A stretch of 64,000 nucleotides of DNA from an uncultured virus (IMG/VR IMGVR_UViG_3300042691_048340) (taxonomy: Duplodnaviria; Heunggongvirae; Uroviricota; Caudoviricetes), in IMG/VR virus record IMGVR_UViG_3300042691_048340. The stretch is one strand, 5' to 3'. Made by a program: the position numbers and the translations under genes. Below, in pieces: positions 1-9,351 of the stretch. Under the pieces are notes generated by a model, which worked only from the letters and a program-made list of their open reading frames with translations, searched no databases and was not told where the DNA came from. The stretch's first letter is position 1; every line of letters begins with the position of its first letter.

Positions 1-637
1 GAATTCTTGAACCGATGCCCTCAACACAAATCACCCGATTCTCGTTTTCAGTGGCGGGGGTGGGGAAGATTGATCGAAATAAAGCACCTTCATTATTCAT
101 TACTTCATCAAAGAATAGATGAATCTTTGTAAACGGACGGTAAAGAGAGTTTCTAATACTAGTTATTGAAAATTCAGCTTTTTGACTTCGTCTCAGTGAA
201 ACTTTTAATGAATGACTCCATGCGATTCTCCTTGGATCGTATAAAACAAAATTGTCGATGTCAGTACTATTATTTGCTACTGCTAACCACTTAAAAATAT
301 GCTCGTTATAGGTTTCAATCGTTTTCCGCATATTTTCAGCCAGGGTTTCTCGATTAAAGTTGTATGCCCAAGCATCACGGCTTGTGCCTACTCCACGACT
401 ATAAACCTTAAACAACACCCCCTCCCCTTCACCCTTTGCCGCTTTTCCTTCCTTCGTTCCCATTGGAATAAAACTATCAAAATCGGCGTGTAAGCCTTCG
501 GTGAGCCAAGTATGCTTCTCATCAGAAATCAACTCCTGCCACTCAATATTCACGACACTCTGCTTTTCCTGCAAAAAACGATACTTATCCTCTTTACGCC
601 AAAACTCGGGTACTCGATAAAAATAGATTTTAGTCAT
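1..637 (-). CDS. Type ISP/IIG restriction-modification enzyme, C-terminal (specificity) half; runs off the window start
   Basis: Not in the ORF track. Manual translation from ATG at 637: MTKIYFYRVPEFWRKEDK...SRDAWAYNF...YRPFTKIHLFFD...IFPTPATENENRVIC, the typical C-terminal region of type ISP-like enzymes; open to position 1. Confidence 0.85.
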   Translation of the reverse strand, partial: MTKIYFYRVPEFWRKEDKYRFLQEKQSVVNIEWQELISDEKHTWLTEGLHADFDSFIPMGTKEGKAAKGEGEGVLFKVYSRGVGTSRDAWAYNFNRETLAENMRKTIETYNEHIFKWLAVANNSTDIDNFVLYDPRRIAWSHSLKVSLRRSQKAEFSITSIRNSLYRPFTKIHLFFDEVMNNEGALFRSIFPTPATENENRVICVEGIGSRI

Positions 638-1052
638 AAAAAGGATTAATGATAGATAACTGATTATTGACTCTCAAACCATGTTGCAGATATTCAGAAT
701 ACAAGCACCCCACCGGCACACTCAAAGCACTAGCAACGATAATACTATCCCAAAAAGACAAACGATAGTGTCCTCTCAATTGAGAACTTTCTAGCAGAAT
801 CTCCTGATCTAACGTAACTACCTGATATTTTTTATAAAACGACAATATCAGACTATGTAGATAAGATTCAGAAACGTTAGTCTTCCTGAGCAAGTTAAAA
901 TAAACCTCATTGATCACCTGCGTGCTCACAACGACTTTACTTTGACTAATTAAGGTACGCGCTATCACTGCTTTCTCAACTGCTTGCTGTTTTATAAACG
1001 CATAAATCCAAATGTTGCTGTCAATAAAACTAAGTGGACTATTTCCTGTCAT
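630..1052 (-). CDS. PIN-domain (VapC-like) toxin
   Basis: FIDSNIWIY, STQVINE, SFWDSIIVASAL motifs; terminal acidic motif reads YSEY rather than YSED. Confidence 0.85.
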   Translation of the reverse strand: MTGNSPLSFIDSNIWIYAFIKQQAVEKAVIARTLISQSKVVVSTQVINEVYFNLLRKTNVSESYLHSLILSFYKKYQVVTLDQEILLESSQLRGHYRLSFWDSIIVASALSVPVGCLYSEYLQHGLRVNNQLSIINPFYD

Positions 1053-1233
1053 ACAACTCTATTCTAGCGAAAGGTTCTGGATTGGAGAGCGCTTCTAAAG
1101 GATTTTCTAACAATTCCTCGATTAAATCCGGTTCACTTCCCATGAAAAGTGAATCTACAAACGCCAATACTTGATACTGCTTTTCTAAAGGTAACTCATG
1201 CAATTTTTGTAAAATGATCTGTTCAATACTCAT
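1039..1233 (-). CDS. Putative antitoxin (DUF2281-like)
   Basis: 64 aa, LHELPLEKQYQVLAFVDSL; overlaps the PIN gene. Confidence 0.65.
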   Translation of the reverse strand: MSIEQIILQKLHELPLEKQYQVLAFVDSLFMGSEPDLIEELLENPLEALSNPEPFARIELYDRK

Positions 1234-2552
1234 GATTTTGCCTTCTTAACTAACATCGTAATACTCACACCCACTTGAATGCCAAAGACATTATGGGTAG
1301 TCCCCGATAACTTAGGATTTTTTCTCACATTGCCTCCTAAATCCAAAACGTAAATTTTTGAAAATTCCTTCTCTAAATAACTGCGCATTCCGTCAAACGC
1401 AATATTCTCCAAGAAACTGTTATTACTGACAAACGCAACTATCCCTTCATTCCTTCCCTCTAATCGCCACGTCGCCCACTTAAACGCCTTCACATACACA
1501 TCCGACAACGCATTTTTGTTGGTCGCTTTAGAATTCTTAGCATAAGTCTCCGCAACCATTTTGTCTAACTTCGGATACTTCCGATTCTTGTTATTATCAT
1601 TCTCATTCTGCTGCCCCACGTTATACGGTGGATTCCCAATAATCACAAAAATCGGCGCTTCCTTTTGCCGCTGCACCTGCTTCGTATTTTCTGGAACAAA
1701 CATTTCACGTTGTCTGTCCTCAATCAACTCAAAGGTATCCACCAAACAAATCCCCTCAAACGGTTGATATTCGCCCGTCAATTCATAAAAGACATGTTCA
1801 ATATTCATGCAAGCGATATAATACGGCAACAACATCACTTCATTACAATGCAATTCGTTTTGATATTTATGTTTCAACTGAGAAAACTCTAACTGACGAA
1901 TCTCTCGCAACATCCTAACGATAAAATTCCCCGTGCCCACAAACGGGTCAATAATATGTACGCCCCTACTTGCCAACGATTTGCCAAATTCCCGCTGCAA
2001 AATTTCTTCGACCGACTTAACCATAAACTCCACAATCGGCTGCGGCGTGTAAACAATCCCGTGCGTATCCGCCACTTTCACCGCAAAACCTTGAAAGAAC
2101 CGCTCATACACCGTATTCAAAAACGTTTGCTTATCGCCATAATCCTCAATAGTTGCTGCCGCGCGTTCCAACACCGTATAAAATTTATCCAGTTGGTTTT
2201 CTTTGATAAATTCCGCTTTGCTGAAGGATTGCGAAGTCAAGGCTTGAATCACCTGGTCAATTTCACGGGCAATCACATTTTTCTGGACAAACTCCGGATT
2301 ATTGAAAATATTGGTAAAAATCCGTTCCGTCAATAAATGCTGAATCAACATCTCTTTGACAGCCTCCACCGCTAAGTTGGGATTGATATTCTGGCGGCAT
2401 TGCTCGGTAAAGCGTTCAAAGGCTTCTTTAAAAAGAGGGTTGTTCTGTTGAGCTTGGTCGATGACTTTAATAAGTTGCTGCCCTGAGTCAGCAACTTTAG
2501 CTTGGAACTTCGCAGCAACTGTCTGCCAGTTTCCCATACCAGAACTTTTCAC
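1230..2552 (-). CDS. N6-adenine DNA methyltransferase half of a type ISP/IIG enzyme (no nuclease domain)
   Basis: GIVYTPQPIV, DPFVGTGNF (SAM binding), GNPPY (catalytic). Confidence 0.9.
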   Translation of the reverse strand: MKSSGMGNWQTVAAKFQAKVADSGQQLIKVIDQAQQNNPLFKEAFERFTEQCRQNINPNLAVEAVKEMLIQHLLTERIFTNIFNNPEFVQKNVIAREIDQVIQALTSQSFSKAEFIKENQLDKFYTVLERAAATIEDYGDKQTFLNTVYERFFQGFAVKVADTHGIVYTPQPIVEFMVKSVEEILQREFGKSLASRGVHIIDPFVGTGNFIVRMLREIRQLEFSQLKHKYQNELHCNEVMLLPYYIACMNIEHVFYELTGEYQPFEGICLVDTFELIEDRQREMFVPENTKQVQRQKEAPIFVIIGNPPYNVGQQNENDNNKNRKYPKLDKMVAETYAKNSKATNKNALSDVYVKAFKWATWRLEGRNEGIVAFVSNNSFLENIAFDGMRSYLEKEFSKIYVLDLGGNVRKNPKLSGTTHNVFGIQVGVSITMLVKKAKS

Positions 2553-2729
2553 CTATACTACCCCGTTTTTGCTTAGTACTTTCTTCCAGTAGTTGGTCAG
2601 ATAGTCTGAGTACTCCCAAGTATAGAACTTACGGCGTGCAACAAGTTTCTTACTAAGCGCGAACCACTCACTTGGTGATAAAGGAACTCTATAAGGGTTT
2701 GGTCGTAGTGAGTTAATTTTTTTTCGCAT
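2553..2729 (-). CDS. Small hypothetical protein (58 aa)
   Basis: Manual translation MRKKINSLRPNPY...KNGVV*; fills the operon gap exactly. Confidence 0.5.
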   Translation of the reverse strand: MRKKINSLRPNPYRVPLSPSEWFALSKKLVARRKFYTWEYSDYLTNYWKKVLSKNGVV

Positions 2730-3114
2730 AGTTGGTTCTTAAAAAGGGTAAACCTAGTTGTTTTTCTGATGCGCAGTGTTTTTCACATGCTGTCGGATGC
2801 TTCAACTTCGCATACTCTTTCAGTAGCCACTCATTTTTTTCCTTTATAGCTTTTAAGTCACTACGCAAGTCAGCGTTCTCTAAGAGAAGTAAGTTGCACC
2901 TCTGGCGTAGACTGACTTCAGCACTTGATAGTGAGTCGCACTTCTTTTTTATAGCTTTTAAGTCACTACGCAAGTCAGCGTTCTCTAAGAGAAGCGAGTC
3001 GCACTGCTGACGTAGACTGCTGTTGAGGCCCAATAGAGACTCAGCGTGTTTTTGGAAGTTTTCAAGTTCCGTTTCCAGTACAGAGTAAGCCTTTCTGGTT
3101 AGTATGTTAGTCAT
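2713..3114 (-). CDS. Coiled-coil hypothetical protein with internal 35-aa repeat
   Basis: LLLENADLRSDLKAIK twice; DNA repeat with 105-bp period (~2843-2889 and ~2948-2994). Confidence 0.65.
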   Translation of the reverse strand: MTNILTRKAYSVLETELENFQKHAESLLGLNSSLRQQCDSLLLENADLRSDLKAIKKKCDSLSSAEVSLRQRCNLLLLENADLRSDLKAIKEKNEWLLKEYAKLKHPTACEKHCASEKQLGLPFLRTNYAKKN

Positions 3115-3191
3115 GATCTAGTCTCTCTTTTAGTTTTAGTTGTTTCCATACGGCTTGGGTGACTTCTTCAGGCAACTTAGCTTGTTCTCTG

Positions 3192-3785
3192 TTAGTCGGC
3201 GTTCTTTTCCAAGTACGCCAAGGCATTATCCCATGCGAGTTCTTTGGCTAAAGTACTGGTGGTGATGAGCCTAGCGAAATGGTTAACAACGTCCTTTAGG
3301 TTTGAAGAGCCAGGCTCGTAGTTGCAAGATATTTCACTGGGGTGTTTTACACGTATTGTTTCTAGATAGCCCCTTAACTTCCACTCCTGTTCTTCAGTGC
3401 ATCTACCACATTTTTCAAAGATCTTTGTCATAATGATCTTAACAAGTTTAGGATGGGGGTAAGGAGAATCTTCTACTGCTAGTTTTATGGCACTCTGTAG
3501 TGCGTTTTTCTTTTTTAGCCATGATAAGGCGTTCTTCCATGCAAGTTCCCTATCGGCAGAAGTACTGGTAGTAAAGACTTCGATAAACTGATCAACAACG
3601 CTCATTAAGTTAGAAGAGCCATCTTCTCGTTCTCCTACACGTATCTTTTCAATACAGGCTCTCAGTTCCGATACTAGTTCTTTATCTTCACACCCACCAC
3701 ACTCATCAAGTAGTCCAGTCATGATGGCTTCGACGAGCTTAGGATGAGGATAAGGAGAGTTTTTTGCTACGGTTACTGGCTTCAT
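3192..3785 (-). CDS. Hypothetical protein made of two tandem ~100-aa domains
   Basis: SPYPHPKLV...CGxC...GSSNL...TTST...ELAWxNAL occurs twice. Confidence 0.7.
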   Translation of the reverse strand: MKPVTVAKNSPYPHPKLVEAIMTGLLDECGGCEDKELVSELRACIEKIRVGEREDGSSNLMSVVDQFIEVFTTSTSADRELAWKNALSWLKKKNALQSAIKLAVEDSPYPHPKLVKIIMTKIFEKCGRCTEEQEWKLRGYLETIRVKHPSEISCNYEPGSSNLKDVVNHFARLITTSTLAKELAWDNALAYLEKNAD

Positions 3786-4192
3786 TTTTTATCCGTTTTT
3801 AGATGGGTTGGTTTGGCTTTTTTATGGGAGGAGTTGGCTGGTTTTGTTCCTGTTTTTTTTCTTTCTTGAAAGAACTTAGCGTCAGACTTTTTGCTAAGTT
3901 CTACTTCCGCAAGTGTCACCTCACCGACCACTTCACCCGCCAAGTTGATGCGGGCGTTACCTAGGGTTTTACGTGCCTTTCTATACTCCTTACTAGCACA
4001 GTAGTAGTATAGAGCGGTATATACCGCAGAAGTGGTTATCCCTTTTTTCTGTAACAAGAGCTTGTTTTCCCTAACAATCTCCCTATGTATACCAACTTCC
4101 AAAGGCTTAATGTCGCCGGGCTGGCGAAAAGCTTGTGGATAAGTTTCACGTAAGAAAGTTAGAGCTTGCTCAGACTTGAGGTTAGATGTCAT
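3782..4192 (-). CDS. ProQ/FinO-family RNA-binding protein
   Basis: YPQAF...KPLEVGIHREI...LYYYCASKEY...RINLAGEVVGEVT; start set at MTSNLK, which has an RBS-like AGGT. Confidence 0.8.
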   Translation of the reverse strand: MTSNLKSEQALTFLRETYPQAFRQPGDIKPLEVGIHREIVRENKLLLQKKGITTSAVYTALYYYCASKEYRKARKTLGNARINLAGEVVGEVTLAEVELSKKSDAKFFQERKKTGTKPANSSHKKAKPTHLKTDKK

Positions 4193-4200
4193 AGTGTTAC

Positions 4201-5991
4201 CTATAAGTAGCTTCTTTTTGCCGAGTCCAGTGCTACTTGCCATGCATGGCTATGGTTGTTATTGGACGAGTAGCGTTTAAATGTTGATATAAAGTGCTCA
4301 ACAGCTTCTAGCACAAAGTCTTCAGTCAGGGTTGCTAAAAAGTGAGCTAGTTCTTCTAGTAAGTTTTGATTTTTGTCAGTAAAGTGGGAACAGTAGCGTA
4401 GTACTTTAGTTATAGCAGCTTCAAGAGTTTCCTGCCTAGGGACTGAGTAGTTGGTTGCCGGTATGGATAATGAGGATAACACTTCTTTTGAAGAAGTTTG
4501 TTCTTGATGAGGAGAAGATGGTACTGTTAAAGGTACTGACTCAAGCTCTTTGGTTGTTTGGCTATAAGCATGAGCATGTTTTATGATAGAGTTTTCAGTG
4601 CCTTCAGCTAGCTTAAGTCCGATAAAGCCGGCTGAAGTTTTGTTGTCATCTGGTAGTCTTAGTCTACGCCTCCACTCTACGATATCGATGCCCAGCGTTA
4701 CATTTAGTAACTCTTTTAGTTGGATGGAGAACGTGCTTGTAGCCATTTGCGTTCTCTTACCATTTTCCTTGCACCATTTCATGAAGTTTGGGTAAAGGTG
4801 TCGATGCGCGTTTTCAAAAGTGTCGTTTACTCCTAAACATCCAATCCTCAACTTATGTCCCTCGCAATATTCAACGTTTTCTGACAACCATGCAAAAATG
4901 GGATTTGTGTCGATTAGTGTGGTTATTTTTGCCTCAAAAGATGACTTTACCAAAGTGTCCGTGTTTCTGAGTAAGTCCTCCATGTTCTTTACAGTCATGT
5001 CGAGTACCCAATTTAACAAGCCTGGTATTTCGCGCTCGAACTCTTCGCTCAGGTTGCGTCGTTTTGATGCTGGTACGATGTGGTTAAACTCTATAGAGAT
5101 GCGCCTGCGCGAGATACCCGATGTGTCTGAGAAATAAATAGGTGAGTTGGCAGCTATGACAACCATACCGTGATATACAAAAGTCCCGGTATGTTGTTTC
5201 CCCTTTGCTTCAAAACGCAAGGCATCTTGACCTGTCAGGGACTTAAAGGCGGAACCATCTCCTCCAAACTTGGAGGCGTCGGTTATCATGACCAACCGTT
5301 TTCCATAAAGGGCTGCCATCTCAAAGCGATTTTTTTCTAGCTGATCTAGAGTTGTCGTATAGTAGTTACGTTCCCCTAAGATAGCCATGAGTAGACGGAT
5401 AAGCGTCCCCTTGCCCGACCCCCCGGGCCCAACAACTTCTACATATCGTTGCAAATCGTAGCGGCCAAGTACTACTGCTAGGAAAAACGCCCTTATTAAT
5501 TTTAGTAGATCCTCATCGTTATTTGTAACCTCCTGTAACCAAGCCATGATACTAGGGCATATCGCCATGGTATCGAAGTTATAAGGGAGTTGCCATGTGA
5601 TCTTGTGTTTAGGTTCATGAGAGTGGGTAAACTCGCGGCTTTGCATATCAAGGACGCCGTTTTTAAATGGGATAAGTTGAGGGCTGACTTCACTGTCCCA
5701 TTGTCCACTTTGTAGTTCAGCACTTAAAAGTTGCATAACGCCATTTAGGAACATCACGCCAAACCTGCTGCTGAAGTTGGTCACTATAGCCTCCTTAATA
5801 AGTTTCTGTATGACTACTTTATTAGTCTCTCTCCATACCCCATCCCCGTACATACGCCATAGTGCAGTGTTAGTGTCGTATGCCACTTGCTCTTTAAGTA
5901 AAGTAGCAAGTTGGTCGGCAACATCGACCTGGTCACACTGTTTCATAACTACTTTACTGGTAGCTTTTTTTGGATCTGAGTTTTTAGGCAT
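4201..5991 (-). CDS. P4/D5-family primase-associated SF3 helicase (no N-terminal primase domain)
   Basis: IPFKNGVLD (D5_N), Walker A GPGGSGKGT, FKSLTGQD, SRRRI. Confidence 0.88.
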   Translation of the reverse strand: MPKNSDPKKATSKVVMKQCDQVDVADQLATLLKEQVAYDTNTALWRMYGDGVWRETNKVVIQKLIKEAIVTNFSSRFGVMFLNGVMQLLSAELQSGQWDSEVSPQLIPFKNGVLDMQSREFTHSHEPKHKITWQLPYNFDTMAICPSIMAWLQEVTNNDEDLLKLIRAFFLAVVLGRYDLQRYVEVVGPGGSGKGTLIRLLMAILGERNYYTTTLDQLEKNRFEMAALYGKRLVMITDASKFGGDGSAFKSLTGQDALRFEAKGKQHTGTFVYHGMVVIAANSPIYFSDTSGISRRRISIEFNHIVPASKRRNLSEEFEREIPGLLNWVLDMTVKNMEDLLRNTDTLVKSSFEAKITTLIDTNPIFAWLSENVEYCEGHKLRIGCLGVNDTFENAHRHLYPNFMKWCKENGKRTQMATSTFSIQLKELLNVTLGIDIVEWRRRLRLPDDNKTSAGFIGLKLAEGTENSIIKHAHAYSQTTKELESVPLTVPSSPHQEQTSSKEVLSSLSIPATNYSVPRQETLEAAITKVLRYCSHFTDKNQNLLEELAHFLATLTEDFVLEAVEHFISTFKRYSSNNNHSHAWQVALDSAKRSYL

Positions 5992-6319
5992 ACACAGTGC
6001 CCATTTTGCCTAGCTTTTTTTCTTCAAAGTCTTTTTTCAAGAGAACGACAGTCATAGCGTTTGCCAGTACCAATATGGCCGCTTTTTCAGGCGTAGCTAG
6101 TTTCGGATAGTCTTCACTGAGTTTCTTTAACTTGCTAAGTATGTCGCCACCACCTAAGTGAGTTTTGAGTAGTTGCGTGGCTAAGTCACTTACACTCAAC
6201 CCTCTTGCTGAAGCCTCAAGAAACAGGTGGTAGTACAACTTGTAGTAAAGCTCCACTTTTAAAAAACTAGGTTCGCTTAACGTACACTGCACGCTTCCAG
6301 CGAAGTATGCATCGGTCAT
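5984..6319 (-). CDS. Hypothetical protein, possible ribbon-helix-helix regulator
   Basis: EASARGLSVSDLATQLL resembles an RHH helix pair; first gene of the operon. Confidence 0.45.
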   Translation of the reverse strand: MTDAYFAGSVQCTLSEPSFLKVELYYKLYYHLFLEASARGLSVSDLATQLLKTHLGGGDILSKLKKLSEDYPKLATPEKAAILVLANAMTVVLLKKDFEEKKLGKMGTVYA

Positions 6320-6484
6320 GATTTTCTCCTATATGTCTGCTGTTATGTCTGCTGTTTTAGCATTGTGCGATAGGTTTATAAACAACTATCATGCCAGTCT
6401 CACCCTATCTAAGATAAAGTGATGTGGCTCAAGTAGTTAGGACAAAATCATGCGTATTTAGTGAGTAAATTTTTTTTCTAAAAA

Positions 6485-6594
6485 AGTCTAAAAATTGGAC
6501 TGACTTTTTATGTATTATTTGGGATAAAGCTGATATAAATCAGGCATTTGTGGCAAAGTCTAAAAAATAATCAAAATAGTCTAAAAATTGGACT
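6485..6594. repeat. Direct repeats AGTCTAAAAATTGGACT (x2, plus one partial copy)
   Basis: Exact 17-mer at 6485-6501 and 6578-6594; AGTCTAAAAA also at 6557. Confidence 0.75.
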
Positions 6595-6605
6595 CTGCGG
6601 ACTGC

Positions 6606-8600
6606 TTAGCACTTTTGTTTAATGTAGTCAATATACTTATCGATATACTTGTCGTTGTCCGCGTGAGTTCTACTGAAAACAGGCGTATGCAGTCTTAGTA
6701 CTTCTCCACTCACATCTTTTAGTAAAGCGTCCCCCGTTTCAATGAGCTTATGAGCAGGAAAACCGGCTCCTCCGAATGTATAGGCGTCTTTTGCACTAGC
6801 AAGAAAAAAGGATAGTTTAGAGGACTCTTCTATAAGCGCTTTGCCCGCGTTGTTCCCAGCTACGCCAAACATGCCCTTTGTTGCAAAAGTACCGACGGAG
6901 TATATGAAGATACCATACTTACGACCAACCGTAATGATACTTGCTACTAGTGAGCCCAGCCTCTCCTTCGTAGCTTTATCGGTAAAGAGTGTGCTAACCT
7001 CCTCTAACACTAAAAAGATGCTAGGAAGTGTGGTATGCCCTTCTTTAAGAAGCTTTTTGTTGAGCGTTGCTATATGTTGGCAGTTGTACTTCTGAAGTAA
7101 GAGTACCCGTTCCCTAAGTTCAGCAGAAAGTTTTTCTAGCAACTTAAGAGTTTCTACATGTGACGTTGCCATAGCCTGTATAAAACCGCCTAACAGTGGC
7201 CGGTACTTTATCGCTGTAGCTCCGTTTATATCGCTGATATAGTACCTTACCTTTACTTGTTGTTGTTTGAGAGACCACAGCATCTGATAGATGAGTATGG
7301 AGTGCAGCAGACTACTCTTACCACTCCCTTTCCTACCCACTATAAGCAGGTCTTGTGTCTTCAGGGCACAACTTATCAGCCGCTGCCCATCAATACCCAC
7401 ACCCAGAAGCAGTGGTACTTCAATACCCCTCTCTTTCAACTGGCCACTTTTCTTGAGTAAGTCACTGAACAGTACGGTGCGTCTAGCACTGGCTGGTTTG
7501 TTGACAAGGTACACATAGTCGCTATGTTTTACATGAAAGGTGACATCTTTTTGAGCTACGCCCATTAACCTTGCTATATCTGGCTCCGCTTTACGCCATA
7601 AGTCTTGTTGGCCGATAATAGCGGTTGTTGGTTTCATACTAAAACGTGTCGTGAAGACTCCATCGTGTTTTTTTAACTCACTGAAGCCCAAACCCAGCGT
7701 GAATAAACAGTCCTTTATCTTATCTTCGATACTATCAGATGCCGCGAGCTTGGTATCAAGACTTGGTTTCAGTGTATGGTTTATTTTCCCCGGTACTGGT
7801 TTTTCTGATACCGGGGATGAAGGGAGGCGGGTGACTGCTGGAGAAGTTAGCTTAGTTGTCAGTACAGGCACTTTACTAAACTCCACTTTCTCCTCTATGC
7901 TTAGAGGCTTCTTCTCCTTTATGCCAGTTACTTTTTGAGTAGTGTTCTCTATACTCCTTTTCGCTTGCTCGCAGCTGGTGAGTTCTAGTATCTTGTTGCC
8001 AGTCTTCCATACGGGGAGTTGAACTTTTTTTTTAGCTGCCACTGCTAAGCGACTGACGTACGGTTCCATACGGTGTCCATAAAGATCATAGTTGAAAACG
8101 AGTAAACTCAGTATACATACCGCAACTACAGCAGTCAGTGCTAAAGCAGCAAGTGACATACTAACTCCAAACCACTCGATGGGATATAGCCATATTTGAC
8201 CCACCAAATTCAACATGTTCCCAGCCATATCAGTAGGTATAGACCATTGCTTCTTCACCATCATGATGACCTCTAAACCCGATATGAAAAACTGTAAAAC
8301 AGTGAGGCTGAGCCCTCCTTTTAGTAGAAAGGATATGTTTTCACCTAGTGTGAAGATAGCCTGGAGTGAGCCCACCAAAAACACTATAGTCGAGGTAACT
8401 ACAAATATGTCCAGATAGTATCTACCAAACAGAAGCTCTAGTGTTTGGTAAACGGGTACGGCAAGAGTACCCACATCACCTGGCGCAGCATTTAACGTTA
8501 TGGCATTTTGCAAAAAAAGCATGTTTGATATGTACCATAGCGATAACCAAAGTACGATAGCACTTCCCAGTACAGCTACAAGCGACTCATTTCTTGTCAT
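6606..8600 (-). CDS. FtsK/SpoIIIE-family DNA translocase
   Basis: N-terminal TM segments, PLLLGV, Walker A GRKGSGKS, LVLEEV, GRKYGI. Confidence 0.8.
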   Translation of the reverse strand: MTRNESLVAVLGSAIVLWLSLWYISNMLFLQNAITLNAAPGDVGTLAVPVYQTLELLFGRYYLDIFVVTSTIVFLVGSLQAIFTLGENISFLLKGGLSLTVLQFFISGLEVIMMVKKQWSIPTDMAGNMLNLVGQIWLYPIEWFGVSMSLAALALTAVVAVCILSLLVFNYDLYGHRMEPYVSRLAVAAKKKVQLPVWKTGNKILELTSCEQAKRSIENTTQKVTGIKEKKPLSIEEKVEFSKVPVLTTKLTSPAVTRLPSSPVSEKPVPGKINHTLKPSLDTKLAASDSIEDKIKDCLFTLGLGFSELKKHDGVFTTRFSMKPTTAIIGQQDLWRKAEPDIARLMGVAQKDVTFHVKHSDYVYLVNKPASARRTVLFSDLLKKSGQLKERGIEVPLLLGVGIDGQRLISCALKTQDLLIVGRKGSGKSSLLHSILIYQMLWSLKQQQVKVRYYISDINGATAIKYRPLLGGFIQAMATSHVETLKLLEKLSAELRERVLLLQKYNCQHIATLNKKLLKEGHTTLPSIFLVLEEVSTLFTDKATKERLGSLVASIITVGRKYGIFIYSVGTFATKGMFGVAGNNAGKALIEESSKLSFFLASAKDAYTFGGAGFPAHKLIETGDALLKDVSGEVLRLHTPVFSRTHADNDKYIDKYIDYIKQKC

Positions 8601-8613
8601 AACTTACTCCTCC

Positions 8614-9195
8614 TCAGTAGTAGTTGTGGATGACTTTACTAGTGTTTTTAGCAGTCTTGTTTTTTGCCAGTTTATGCTTTTTGGGAGCATAGACGAGGTA
8701 GGTAAGTAGTACTAGACTTAGGACTAAACTAAACATGAGTATCGACATGATACATACCAACTGAAGTTCAGTTGACCATGTTGGGTTCAGCGTCACCATG
8801 CCTTCCAATATACTAGTTAGTATTACACTACCCATGTAACCGCCCGCATTCAGCACTTCTTTCTCGTTAAGAGTAAAGTAATCAACGGTCCAGTCGGCCG
8901 GGATAAGCGTCGTTTGTAGGTACATATTCCATGCTCCAGCTAAAGTTGCCAGCATACTTGCTATAGCTAAAAACAACAGCATAGTTGGCAACCGCCAGCG
9001 AGGTTTGGAGTATATAAATACGGTGCTAAACGCGAGCGCAATAAGCATGGGCACTATGTAGCCAACCCAGCCAAATAGTAGGGTTAGTAGCCTTATCAAA
9101 GGCTCAAGTTCTCCAGATGCCATAAGTGCCATAGCTAGCAGCATGTTGACTAGTACAACAGCATTTACCACAGCTAAAAAATTTTTCTGAATCAT
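8614..9195 (-). CDS. Membrane protein resembling the FtsK 4TM region
   Basis: Four hydrophobic segments, LFGWVGYIVP and AGGYMG motifs; directly upstream of the FtsK-like gene. Confidence 0.55.
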   Translation of the reverse strand: MIQKNFLAVVNAVVLVNMLLAMALMASGELEPLIRLLTLLFGWVGYIVPMLIALAFSTVFIYSKPRWRLPTMLLFLAIASMLATLAGAWNMYLQTTLIPADWTVDYFTLNEKEVLNAGGYMGSVILTSILEGMVTLNPTWSTELQLVCIMSILMFSLVLSLVLLTYLVYAPKKHKLAKNKTAKNTSKVIHNYY

Positions 9196-9351
9196 AGTTC
9201 CTCACTTTTTTCTAAAGAGGTTGACACGTTTATACCTAAATATGCTACTATTCAACTCACATAGTACGAGTTGTACTATAGTGTGCGAATTTATCCCAAA
9301 GTATGCCAACTAAGCATATTTTAGTCAAGACCTTACCAAGGAAAACGAAGT

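Noticed and set aside
299..2336. Short + strand ORFs (299, 1561, 1665, 1956) and similar nested ORFs throughout the track
   Set aside because: Antisense or out-of-frame shadows of well-supported genes
6381..6397. Sigma54 promoter CTGGCATGATAGTTGT on the minus strand
   Set aside because: -12 element is TTGT rather than TTGC and it is a single instance; too weak to call
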